Assembly: GCA_964397305.1 (NCBI GenBank)
Contig: CAYNIP010000014.1
Span: 31,430 to 63,429 of the forward strand
From: an uncultured bacterium
GTDB taxonomy: Bacteria; Cyanobacteriota; Cyanobacteriia; Cyanobacteriales; Spirulinaceae
Direction of reading: 5' to 3'
DNA: 32,000 nt
Each line of letters starts with the position of its first letter. Position 1 is the first letter of the stretch. This document shows positions 15,880-23,176 of this stretch, in pieces. The translations under genes were made by a program, and so were the position numbers. Under the pieces are notes generated by a model. It was not told the origin of the DNA. It ran no database searches and was given only the letters and a program-made list of their open reading frames with translations.

Positions 15880-17541
15880 ATGCCGCCGCCATCGCTGCAC
15901 TGCATCAACCCCGACTGCCCCGCTCCTTACCCCCAGCCGCCCCACCACAAGTTTTGCCAGCGCTGCGGCACGAGCCTGCGCTTGCAAGCTCGTTACGTCC
16001 CCCTAGAGCGCCTCGGGGCCGGTGGCTTTGCGGCCATTTACACAGTCTGGGACGAGCTACGTCAAGTAGAAAAGGTGCTCAAAGTCCTCACGATCGCGGC
16101 GGATAAGGCCCTGCAACTCTTTGCCCAAGAAGCCGTCGTGCTGCGAACCCTGCGACATCCAGGGGTGCCTCGGGTGGAACCCAACAGCTTTTTTGAGATC
16201 TGCACCCCCGACGGCTGCAAGCTTTATTGCCTGGTGATGGAGAAAATCCCGGGGCAAAATCTCGAGGACGTGCTCCAGACCACCTACCCCCAGGGCTGCC
16301 CCGAGTTGTTGGTGTACCAGTGGTTGGTGCAGACGGCGGCGATTTTAGAGGTACTCCACCGCCGCCAGATCGTTCACCGGGACATTAAACCGTCCAATCT
16401 CATGCTGCGACCGGGGCAGCCCTCCGGGGCTCCGGGGAGCGGCCAGATCGTCTTGATTGACTTTGGTGGTGCTAAGCAGATCGACGCTGCCCCCAGTTCT
16501 ACGCGGTTGTTTTCCTCCGGCTACAGCCCCCCGGAACAGCTCCAGGGCGGTGGGGTGGAGCCTACAGCCGACATCTACGCCCTCGGCCGCACCGCGATTC
16601 ACCTCCTCACGGGCCGGCATCCGAGCGAGCTGGAGAACTTGACAACGGGCCGCCTCCACTGGCGACCTGGGGTCACGGTCGATCCTGAGTTTGCCCTGCT
16701 GCTGGAGGCGATGGTTGAACCCGAGGCGGCCGCTCGTCCGGCCTCGGCGCGGCGTCTGCAACAGCACCTGGGGGAGCTGACGGGGCTACGCCAGCGATCG
16801 CAGCAGCAGGCCGAGATACACCGCCGCCAGCGCTGGCGCGATCGCCTCGCCCCCTGGCAGCGACGGGGGCGGCAGGGGTGGCAGGCCCTCCAACGGGGGG
16901 GTACGGCCCTGGCGGTGGCGCTGCTGGAGACGCTCTGGAGCGTGGTCTTGAGCAGTACGAGCGCGATCGCCGGTCTCTTGCTCGGGGGGGTGCTCCTCCA
17001 GGTCAGTCCCTGGGGCCAAGGATTTGCTCGCAGCCTCGAGGGTCTGGTACGGCAGCTCAGTGCTCTGGAGATTAGCGCCAGCGAGGCAGCCCTGCCTTTT
17101 GCCCTTGCGGGGTTTGGGGTAGCCTGGGGTCTGGCGACGGCCAGCTCTGAGCCCCGACGCCCCCCGTCTGTCTTGGCCGGTCTCAGCGGCGGCCTCGGCT
17201 ATACCATTGGCTGGTTACTCTGGGAGAATTTACCCTACACCTTGCCCTACCGGGCCATGGGCTTGGCTGTCACCAGCACCGCCTTTGTGCTCGTCGGCCT
17301 CGGCCTGCCGAGCCACTATTGGCTCCATTGGCTCACAGCCCTCACGGGAACCAGTGGGATCTTTTGGGGTCTCTGGCGGCAGGGTTGGTTTACCTGGGAG
17401 CTATTGGCCCAGGCGATCGCCTTTGAGAACTTGGGCTTGAGCCTCGGCCTGGGAGCCCTGGGGGCGATCGCCCTCGGTGGTTCCCTCAGCCTGAGCCGCT
17501 ACCTTCTGGTTCCCCTAGTGCGTTGGTGGCCTCGCCCTTAG
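15880..17541 (+). CDS. Ser/Thr protein kinase with N-terminal zinc-ribbon and C-terminal multi-pass membrane domain
   Basis: 553-aa ORF. The zinc ribbon is CINPDCPAPYP...FCQRCGTSL. The Hanks kinase motifs are GAGGFAAIY, KVLKVL, HRDIKPSNLML, DFGGAK and SGYSPPEQ. An Arg-rich linker follows (RRQRWRDRLAPWQRRGRQGW), then about 6 hydrophobic helices. Confidence 0.88.
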   Translation: MPPPSLHCINPDCPAPYPQPPHHKFCQRCGTSLRLQARYVPLERLGAGGFAAIYTVWDELRQVEKVLKVLTIAADKALQLFAQEAVVLRTLRHPGVPRVEPNSFFEICTPDGCKLYCLVMEKIPGQNLEDVLQTTYPQGCPELLVYQWLVQTAAILEVLHRRQIVHRDIKPSNLMLRPGQPSGAPGSGQIVLIDFGGAKQIDAAPSSTRLFSSGYSPPEQLQGGGVEPTADIYALGRTAIHLLTGRHPSELENLTTGRLHWRPGVTVDPEFALLLEAMVEPEAAARPASARRLQQHLGELTGLRQRSQQQAEIHRRQRWRDRLAPWQRRGRQGWQALQRGGTALAVALLETLWSVVLSSTSAIAGLLLGGVLLQVSPWGQGFARSLEGLVRQLSALEISASEAALPFALAGFGVAWGLATASSEPRRPPSVLAGLSGGLGYTIGWLLWENLPYTLPYRAMGLAVTSTAFVLVGLGLPSHYWLHWLTALTGTSGIFWGLWRQGWFTWELLAQAIAFENLGLSLGLGALGAIALGGSLSLSRYLLVPLVRWWPRP

Positions 17542-17602
17542 GGCCGGTTGAGGACGCTGCCCGAAATCCAGATCTGGCAAGGGCTGCCCTAGACAAGCGG
17601 CC

Positions 17603-18733
17603 CTAACGACCCTGGAGAATGCGATCCACATCGGCCAAGGTCACGGCTTGGCGATCCGCCAGGTCCTTGATCTGCTGGGTCAAGGCTCGGAGCTGGAGTT
17701 CATCCAGTTGTAGACCGAGTTCGTGGGCGCGGTGGGCGATCGCGTGCCAGCCCGTCAGCCGGTGGTTCACCGACACCGAGCGGCTACAGGCAAAGTCTTG
17801 GGGGTTGAGCACTTCATAGGTCGCTGGATTGTTCAACACCGCCTTGGTATGAATGCCCGCCTTGTGGTGAAAGGCACTCTCGCCGACGATGCAGTGGTTG
17901 AACGGCACTGGCACGCCAATCTTCCTCGATACCAACTGGTGCAGATAGATGAGCTGCTGCAAGCGGTATTTTTGGCGGAGGTGCTCTGGAGCACTCGCGT
18001 AAAGACGGGCGACTAGGCCCGCTAGGGGGGTGATCCCATTGCGCTCCCCGATCCCCATCACAGTGGTGTCAATGTGGGTAGCCCCCGCTTCGAGAGCCAT
18101 GTAGCTGTTGGCGATCGCGCAGCCCGTATCATTGTGGCAATGAAATTCGATATCGGCCTGGGTCACGGAGCGCAGATCCCGCACCACCTCCACCACCTGG
18201 AGCGGCGTGCTGATGCCCACCGTATCCGCGATCCCAAAACGCTGCACCAGGCCCAAGGCCTCAATCGCGCCGTAGACTTGCAGGAGATCCTGGCGATCAC
18301 TGCGGAAGGAATCTTCCGTCGAAAAGCGCAGCTCTAAGTGCGGCCCCTGCTCTCGGAGATAGCTCAGCACCGTCGCGGCGGTGTCGATGATCTGCTGAAT
18401 ACTCTTACCGTGGCTGAACTGACGTAGCAGGGCAGACGTGCCAATCACCACGTTGATACCGTCCACGCCCGTATCCAAGGCCGCTTTGGCATCCTCAAGA
18501 TGGCAGCGCAGGTGAGTCAACACCTTGGCCGACAATCCCAGCCCAGCCAGAATGGTGCAGTCTCGGCGTGACTGGGGCGAGGCACAGGGGGATGTCACTT
18601 CAATGTAGTCCACCCCAAAAAAATTCAGGGATTCAGCAATTTCGATCTTGTCCGCAGTTGAGAACTGGGCACCGGCAAACTGCTCGCCTTCGCGGAGTGT
18701 GCTGTCGATGATGGCAAAATCCGTTAGGGACAT
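17603..18733 (-). CDS. Homocitrate synthase / 2-isopropylmalate synthase family enzyme (short NifV/HCS-like form, no LeuA regulatory domain)
   Basis: 376-aa ORF with DRE-TIM metallolyase motifs: [37 protein letters not shown] and HKAGIH. The length and C-terminus match the short homocitrate-synthase type rather than the ~530-aa LeuA/CimA type. Confidence 0.8.
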   Translation of the reverse strand: MSLTDFAIIDSTLREGEQFAGAQFSTADKIEIAESLNFFGVDYIEVTSPCASPQSRRDCTILAGLGLSAKVLTHLRCHLEDAKAALDTGVDGINVVIGTSALLRQFSHGKSIQQIIDTAATVLSYLREQGPHLELRFSTEDSFRSDRQDLLQVYGAIEALGLVQRFGIADTVGISTPLQVVEVVRDLRSVTQADIEFHCHNDTGCAIANSYMALEAGATHIDTTVMGIGERNGITPLAGLVARLYASAPEHLRQKYRLQQLIYLHQLVSRKIGVPVPFNHCIVGESAFHHKAGIHTKAVLNNPATYEVLNPQDFACSRSVSVNHRLTGWHAIAHRAHELGLQLDELQLRALTQQIKDLADRQAVTLADVDRILQGR

Positions 18734-18942
18734 GGACCTGAAACCTCAGTAAGGGGGAATGGCAAGCAAGGCGCAAGGCTGGCTACTCCAACCCTCTGGC
18801 CGGCGATGTTGAGAAGCCCGCTCTCCGCAGTCGAGAGCGGGCTCCAGGGGTCACGCCGCAGAGGAATGGGTCGGAAGAGTACTCATGGCAGCCGCAAAAT
18901 TGACCGAGAAGACGGGTGTATCCCAGGCGCTCCGGTTGCCCT

Positions 18943-19043
18943 CATCCCCCAGTCCCGGCGCCCAAAGCTGGGAGCCAGGAAGCCCGCGCCCAACCTTGGA
19001 GCGGAATGTAGGGTGAGGGCGGTTAATAAGCTGGTATGCTCCC
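18943..19043 (+). repeat. Degenerate copy of the long dispersed repeat
   Basis: CATCCCCCAGTCCCGGCGCCCAAAGCTGGGAGCCAGGAAGCCCGCGCCCAACCTTGGAGCGGAATGTAGGGTGAGGGCGGTTAATAAGCTGGTATGCTCCC aligns module for module with 11326-11433 (CCCAAGCTGGGAG, GAAGCCC, CCCAACTTGGGAG, TAGGGTGAGGGC, GTTAA, ...CCC). My rough estimate is two-thirds identity. Confidence 0.5.
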
Positions 19044-19175
19044 AGCAGACGACTCTGGGACACAAATTGGTTCCGCTAAGGGCTACAGGAGCCCATGACT
19101 GAATTCCAGGGCCCGCACCGAGTGTCTGAGTCCTGTTCCCTCATCATAGCCGTGATTTCCCTGGGTGCTCCCGAA

Positions 19176-20078
19176 TTAGGCCGTGAGGAGCGGGCCCCCA
19201 AGGCGAACGTGGATATCGCGGCGGGCATCGCTGTAGGCGCGGCGGCCGTGGAGCCAGCGGGTATTGTCGAGGAGCAAGACATCCCCTGCCTGCCAGGCGA
19301 TCGGGATCGTCAGCTCAGCGGCGATCGCCCGCAGCTCAGCCGCTAGGGCGGCTGAAATCTCAGAGCCATCGGCCCAGGAGACGCGGCTTTCCGTATCGCC
19401 CACAAGGCCATCCAGGAGCGGCAAGATGTTGTTGATAAACACCGGCCGCTGAGTATAAACACTGGTCGAGAGGGCCGAGCGCAAGGAGCGCGTGGTCAGC
19501 GATCGCGTGATGGGATCGAAGCTAAACTGGATCTCGTTCTCCCCACAGATTTCAGCCACGACGGCCAAATCCTCGGTCTGATAGACCCGTTGCCAGAGAC
19601 CGTCAGGATAAGTGCGATGGTAGGCCAAAAGCTGGCGAGCAAAGCAGGAGCGCGTGGCTGGCGATAGCCGTTGATAAAATTGTTCCCCGTCGGCGATCGT
19701 CGTTTCCCCCGCCGTCTCCGCCGGCACAGCACAGTAGAACCAGATCACCGCCGGTCGCTGCTTCATGTAGTACATCTCCCCGTGGAGGGAGACGGCATAG
19801 CCCAGATGGCTCCCGGTCACAGCCAGTACAGTACGGTCGCCCTTCACCTGAGCCCGAGGAATCGCACCGCCGCGATAGGCCATGAAATGGGAGCTGAGGC
19901 AGCCACTAAAGGCCTTGAACTCCTCCGGGCTAGCCCCAAAACCTCGGAAGAGGATCGCGCCCGTAGCGCGGACCTGCTCGAGGAGGGGAGCCCGCTCTAG
20001 CTCCAGCAAGGAGATCTGCCCGTCACTCGTGCAGCAAGTGCCCAGGGTATCCGCTAGGGGGGTGATCGAGACTGCCAT
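19176..20078 (-). CDS. Fe(II)/2-oxoglutarate-dependent oxygenase, TauD/TfdA - clavaminate-synthase-like family
   Basis: The ORF has a His-x-Glu facial-triad candidate (SLHGEMYY) and the distal motif WQAGDVLLLDNTRWLHGRRAY followed by Arg residues. This is the typical W..GD....DN....H.R pattern of the family. I moved the start to ATG 20076-20078 (MAVSITPL); the track start at 20096 is TTG. Confidence 0.7.
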   Translation of the reverse strand: MAVSITPLADTLGTCCTSDGQISLLELERAPLLEQVRATGAILFRGFGASPEEFKAFSGCLSSHFMAYRGGAIPRAQVKGDRTVLAVTGSHLGYAVSLHGEMYYMKQRPAVIWFYCAVPAETAGETTIADGEQFYQRLSPATRSCFARQLLAYHRTYPDGLWQRVYQTEDLAVVAEICGENEIQFSFDPITRSLTTRSLRSALSTSVYTQRPVFINNILPLLDGLVGDTESRVSWADGSEISAALAAELRAIAAELTIPIAWQAGDVLLLDNTRWLHGRRAYSDARRDIHVRLGGPLLTA

Positions 20079-20352
20079 AGGAAGCCGATAACGCAACCGC
20101 TCCTAGCTTAACCCCTGTCGGCTGAATCCTAGGGGCCAGCCTAACTTTGGCCTTACGGTTGCCCCCCCCTGTGAGACGAGAAACCCCCAGCCCCTGCCCC
20201 CAAGACGGGAACCAGGGAAACCAGAGGTTCCTTGCTCAAGACGGGGTGCTCCCGAATCCGGAAAGGGCTCCCAGCTTAGGGTTGACGGGAGGAAACCCCA
20301 GCGACGAAGGGGCAAAGATTGGGGGGGGTCGGGCCCTTGGGCTTGCTAGACC

Positions 20353-20898
20353 TTAGCCCTGCGTGGCACGGCCCGCCGCGACCTCAGCGGCCTCAGCGCT
20401 CAATTCTTCTAAGGCCAGGCGAATTTGTTCCAGGCGGCGGCGGTTGACACCGAGATCCGATTCTCCTAGGCGGGCGGCAGAGCGTATTTCGATTTGTGGC
20501 TCGGTCGGAGAGAAATAGAATTCGCTATCGTCCACAAATCCCATCAAGCGGCTGGCAAACTCGACCCGGATGTAATCATCGGTGGCTTGCGTGATGGTGG
20601 CGCGAGGAATAGCCTCGATTACCTGCTGCAAGGTAGCCCGGGCTATGGCGCGATCGCCCCCATAACGGAGGGGCTCAATGCGATGGATGGTATCCGCATC
20701 GTCACGGCTCACGACACAATTGGGAGAGTCAGGGCAAGGCGCGAGCTGACCCGCCGTAGGACCGAGAGCCTCGGGGGGAGAGCCCGCAAAGACTTGGCTC
20801 AAACCCGGCAGGGCTGCCAGAGGGCCTGCTAAGGCAACCGGAGCGACTGGGAAACTAAGGCTGAAAGCAAGGAGCAGGGCAGCACAAAGACGCAACAT
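20353..20898 (-). CDS. Secreted DUF1499-family protein
   Basis: 181-aa ORF with an N-terminal signal peptide (MLRLCAALLLAFSLSFPVAPVALAG) and the DUF1499 hallmark CPDSPNCVVS. Further matches are FVDDSEFYF and SAARLGESDLGVNRRRLE. Confidence 0.7.
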   Translation of the reverse strand: MLRLCAALLLAFSLSFPVAPVALAGPLAALPGLSQVFAGSPPEALGPTAGQLAPCPDSPNCVVSRDDADTIHRIEPLRYGGDRAIARATLQQVIEAIPRATITQATDDYIRVEFASRLMGFVDDSEFYFSPTEPQIEIRSAARLGESDLGVNRRRLEQIRLALEELSAEAAEVAAGRATQG

Positions 20899-21162
20899 AA
20901 GCTTGAGGGTAAACAGTAGACGTGGGTGGGCCGTGAGACCGGGGCTGTTACCGAGGGCGCGTCATCCATTTTCACCCGAACCCACGTTAAGGCAAGGATT
21001 GTAGCCATCGTCAACCCCGTTGTCTCACGATCGAGAAAGCGGGCAAGGGTTCTACGAGTCCCGGAGGACAGACCCCAGCTGAGCAACCCGTAACCTTGGC
21101 AGCGTTTGCGGTCACGACGCTGACTGAGGCGAAAGCTAGGGCAAACCGGATCGAGCAGGGCC

Positions 21163-21390
21163 CTAATCTAGGTCTACCGTAAACGGACGACCCTGGACGA
21201 CGACGCGATCGCCCGCTACCAGCTTACGTCGCCGTCGGGTTTCTGGGACATCATTCACCGTGACATCACCAGCTTGAATCAGGACCTTCGCTTGACCGCC
21301 CGTGCTGACGGCCCCGGCCCGCTTGAGAAAATGCCCCAGCTCAATGCAGGGCCGCTCCCCGGCGGTGGGGGGCGCAGGCTCGTTGGTCAT
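21163..21390 (-). CDS. Small S4-domain RNA-binding protein (YbcJ-like)
   Basis: The C-terminal ~60 aa (IELGHFLKRAGAVSTGGQAKVLIQAGDVTVNDVPETRRRRKLVAGDRVVV) form the S4 alpha-L motif. I chose the start at ATG 21388-21390 (MTNEPAPP). It overlaps the Rieske gene's TGA as ATGA. The longer track ORF would run through the Rieske coding region. Confidence 0.7.
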   Translation of the reverse strand: MTNEPAPPTAGERPCIELGHFLKRAGAVSTGGQAKVLIQAGDVTVNDVPETRRRRKLVAGDRVVVQGRPFTVDLD

Positions 21391-21806
21391 GTCGCCACCA
21401 GGATTTGCCCACCGTCGATTGTTGCCGTCAGCGATCGCAGGGATTCTGTCGCTGGGCCAGCCTGCTTGGTCCCATCCAGGGCAAAAATGGACTGGTGGCA
21501 AGGGCAAACAAAGGTTTGATCATCGGCCTGCCACTCCACGGTGCAGTTGCGGTGATTGCAATTGGCCGTCAAGGCCAACACCTGCGTTGCATCCGTCGGA
21601 TCACGAACGACAATGATTTTCTCCGGCTCTTCAATCACCAGACTGCCTTGAGCCTCTAACTCCTGGACACTCCCGACGGGGATCGGCCCAGCGGCGGTCT
21701 CGGCCGTCGGCTCGCCCTCGCCAGGGTTGCAGGCGGCTAGGGCCACGGGCAGCGACGTGGCTAGGGCACTGACGCCCGCCCAAGTTATAAATTCACGACG
21801 ATTCAT
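21387..21806 (-). CDS. Small Rieske [2Fe-2S] protein with Tat signal and lipobox (PetC3-like)
   Basis: The Rieske boxes are CNHRNC and CPCHQSIF. The N-terminus MNRREFITWAGVSALATSLPVALAAC carries a twin-arginine-type RR motif followed by the lipobox LAAC. I chose the start at M13 (ATG 21804-21806). The track start at 21842 is also possible. Confidence 0.8.
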   Translation of the reverse strand: MNRREFITWAGVSALATSLPVALAACNPGEGEPTAETAAGPIPVGSVQELEAQGSLVIEEPEKIIVVRDPTDATQVLALTANCNHRNCTVEWQADDQTFVCPCHQSIFALDGTKQAGPATESLRSLTATIDGGQILVAT

Positions 21807-21881
21807 CGGGTGCTTCCTCTCAACATGGCCGATTATAGTCAAGGTCGCCCGTCGGCTGACGGCGGCGGCGACGCGGGGGGG

Positions 21882-22001
21882 GACGAAATTTTACGCGGGA
21901 TGGTGGTACTCCTTAGCTCAGCCCTCACCCCAACCCCTCTCCCAACTTGGGAGAGGGGCTTCTAACTCCCCTGCCCCCAGCTTGGGAGAAGGGGCCGGGG
22001 A
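21882..22001 (-). repeat. Long dispersed repeat, inverted copy of 11328-11447
   Basis: Hand alignment of the reverse complement of 11328-11447 against 21882-22001 gives about 10 mismatches in ~120 nt. Both hairpins are conserved (CCCCTCTCCCAACTTGGGAGAGGGG at 21944-21968; CAGCTTGGGAGAAGGGG). Confidence 0.85.
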
Positions 22002-22103
22002 ATGAAAGCCCCGTAACACTTCGGCTGAAATCCTTGCCAGCTCTGGATTGCACAAAAATCCCCAGGCCCCTCGGAGCCCGGGCCTCCCCCCGCAACAGGG
22101 GCC

Positions 22104-22241
22104 CTAGACGGGAGAGGAGGCCGTGAGGCGGCGACGGAGTTGCTGCTGTTGCTTGCGGCGCTGGCGAGCGCGGGCCGAGCCGCCGCGTCCTTTGTCGTTA
22201 CGCCCCTGGCGGCGGGGCGATTCCCAGCGTTTTAGGCGCAT
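22104..22241 (-). CDS. Candidate 45-aa highly basic (Arg/Gln-rich) small protein
   Basis: MRLKRWESPRRQGRNDKGRGGSARARQRRKQQQQLRRRLTASSPV. ATG 22239-22241 is preceded by GGAGGACACC, a strong SD with a 5-nt spacer. The gene is divergent from the DCC gene. I recognise no family. The composition is low-complexity, so the coding status is unproven. Confidence 0.4.
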   Translation of the reverse strand: MRLKRWESPRRQGRNDKGRGGSARARQRRKQQQQLRRRLTASSPV

Positions 22242-22329
22242 GGTGTCCTCCAGTGAGCCGTGATAGTTACAACCGTAGTCTGATATATTACACACTAGAC
22301 GCTCGTGACTCTCTCTGGGTACCCCCATC

Positions 22330-22755
22330 ATGCTTTACCACGTGATCTATGACGGTGACTGCAACCTGTGTACGAGCCTGGTTCAAGGGCTGGAGCAGTG
22401 GGATCAGGGCGATCGCTTTGACTACATTCCGATGCAAGATTCCTCAGCCTTGGCCCAATTCGGCTTGCAGGCGGCCGACGGCCAAGGGGGCATGATCCTG
22501 ATCGACGCCCAGCAACCGGAGCGGCGCTGGCAGGGCAGTGCGGCGGCTGAAGAAATTGCGCGCCAGTTCCCCTTGGGAGCCGGCTTCATAGACCTGTACC
22601 GTGCCTTGCCGGGGGCGAAGCCTCTGGGCGATCGCGCCTACGCTCAAGTTCGCGATCAGCGCTATGCCTGGTTTGGTCGCCGTGAGCAGACTTACCACTC
22701 TGCCTATCCCGGCCCTGGTTCCGCTCCAGAACCGGACGGGGTGCATCTCAGTTAG
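22330..22755 (+). CDS. Thiol-disulfide oxidoreductase DCC family protein (DUF393)
   Basis: 141-aa ORF. The N-terminal VIYDGDCNLCTSLV is the family's defining DxxCxxC motif. The size is typical. Confidence 0.8.
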   Translation: MLYHVIYDGDCNLCTSLVQGLEQWDQGDRFDYIPMQDSSALAQFGLQAADGQGGMILIDAQQPERRWQGSAAAEEIARQFPLGAGFIDLYRALPGAKPLGDRAYAQVRDQRYAWFGRREQTYHSAYPGPGSAPEPDGVHLS

Positions 22756-22768
22756 GCAAGGCCCTCAT

Positions 22769-22835
22769 CCCCCGGCCCCTTCTCCCAAGGAGGGCGAAGG
22801 GGAGTCTCCAAGAGTCTCCAAAGTGAGATGCCCCC
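22769..22835 (+). repeat. Dispersed repeat, short form
   Basis: CCCCCGGCCCCTTCTCCCAAGGAGGGCGAAGGGGAGTCTCCAAGAGTCTCCAAAGTGAGATGCCCCC. It has the same end modules as 11328-11486 but lacks the ~105-nt internal segment. It contains an internal GAGTCTCCAA duplication. Confidence 0.8.
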
Positions 22836-22923
22836 ACCGGACGCCACTACACCCTGCGCTTGCTACAATCAAGAGCAGTCCATCACGGAAAAATTTGCGT
22901 CGCAACGATGGGCCCTTGTGCCA

Positions 22924-23169
22924 ATGAAAGCAACGTTTCTTACCTGGCTGAATCGCTTCCTGGTTGTGGATGTTTTCGTCGTTCTGTTGGGCTTTGCCTG
23001 GTTCGCGATCGCCCTCTTCGGTCGGGCGATGGCTTGGCCCCTTGGTTGGGAGCTATGGTATTCTCTCTGGCAACCCCTGTTCACCCCCGCCATTGGCATC
23101 CTCATGGCCGGAGCCCTGCTCAGCGGCTTGATCAACTGGGTCAGCAAGCGCCTTGACCCGGCCCCCTGA
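22924..23169 (+). CDS. Small membrane protein (two TM helices), function unknown
   Basis: MKATFLTWLNRFLVVDVFVVLLGFAWFAIALFG...LFTPAIGILMAGALLSGLINWV. I chose the start at ATG 22924 because the track's upstream extension runs through the dispersed repeat. TACAAT lies at 22864-22869. Confidence 0.55.
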   Translation: MKATFLTWLNRFLVVDVFVVLLGFAWFAIALFGRAMAWPLGWELWYSLWQPLFTPAIGILMAGALLSGLINWVSKRLDPAP

Positions 23170-23176
23170 CCACGCT

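Noticed and set aside
18734-19175. A possible structured ncRNA (RNase P RNA, tmRNA, riboswitch) in the 440-nt gap upstream of the homocitrate-synthase-like gene
   Set aside because: I looked for the RNase P P4 strands (GAGGAAAGTCCGGGC / ACAGAACCCGGCTTA), a tmRNA 5' GGGGCTG...3' TTCGA(T/A)TCC acceptor-like end, and SRP GGAA-type motifs, and found none. Much of the gap aligns to the dispersed repeat family instead. A covariance-model scan (Rfam) would settle it.
20097-20352. Recurrent GACG(G/A)G-containing segments between the DUF1499 and TauD-like genes as a possible tandem-repeat array or ncRNA
   Set aside because: The units are irregular in length and spacing. Part of the region (CCCAGCTTAGGG at ~20262-20290) looks like another decayed copy of the dispersed repeat. 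The evidence is insufficient for a feature.
11328-22001. Interpretation of the inverted repeat pair as the ends of a composite transposon or genomic island
   Set aside because: There is no transposase or integrase inside and no visible target-site duplication. The cargo is ordinary conserved cyanobacterial genes, and HIP1 density appears unchanged inside versus outside. I kept only the inversion-substrate idea as a finding.
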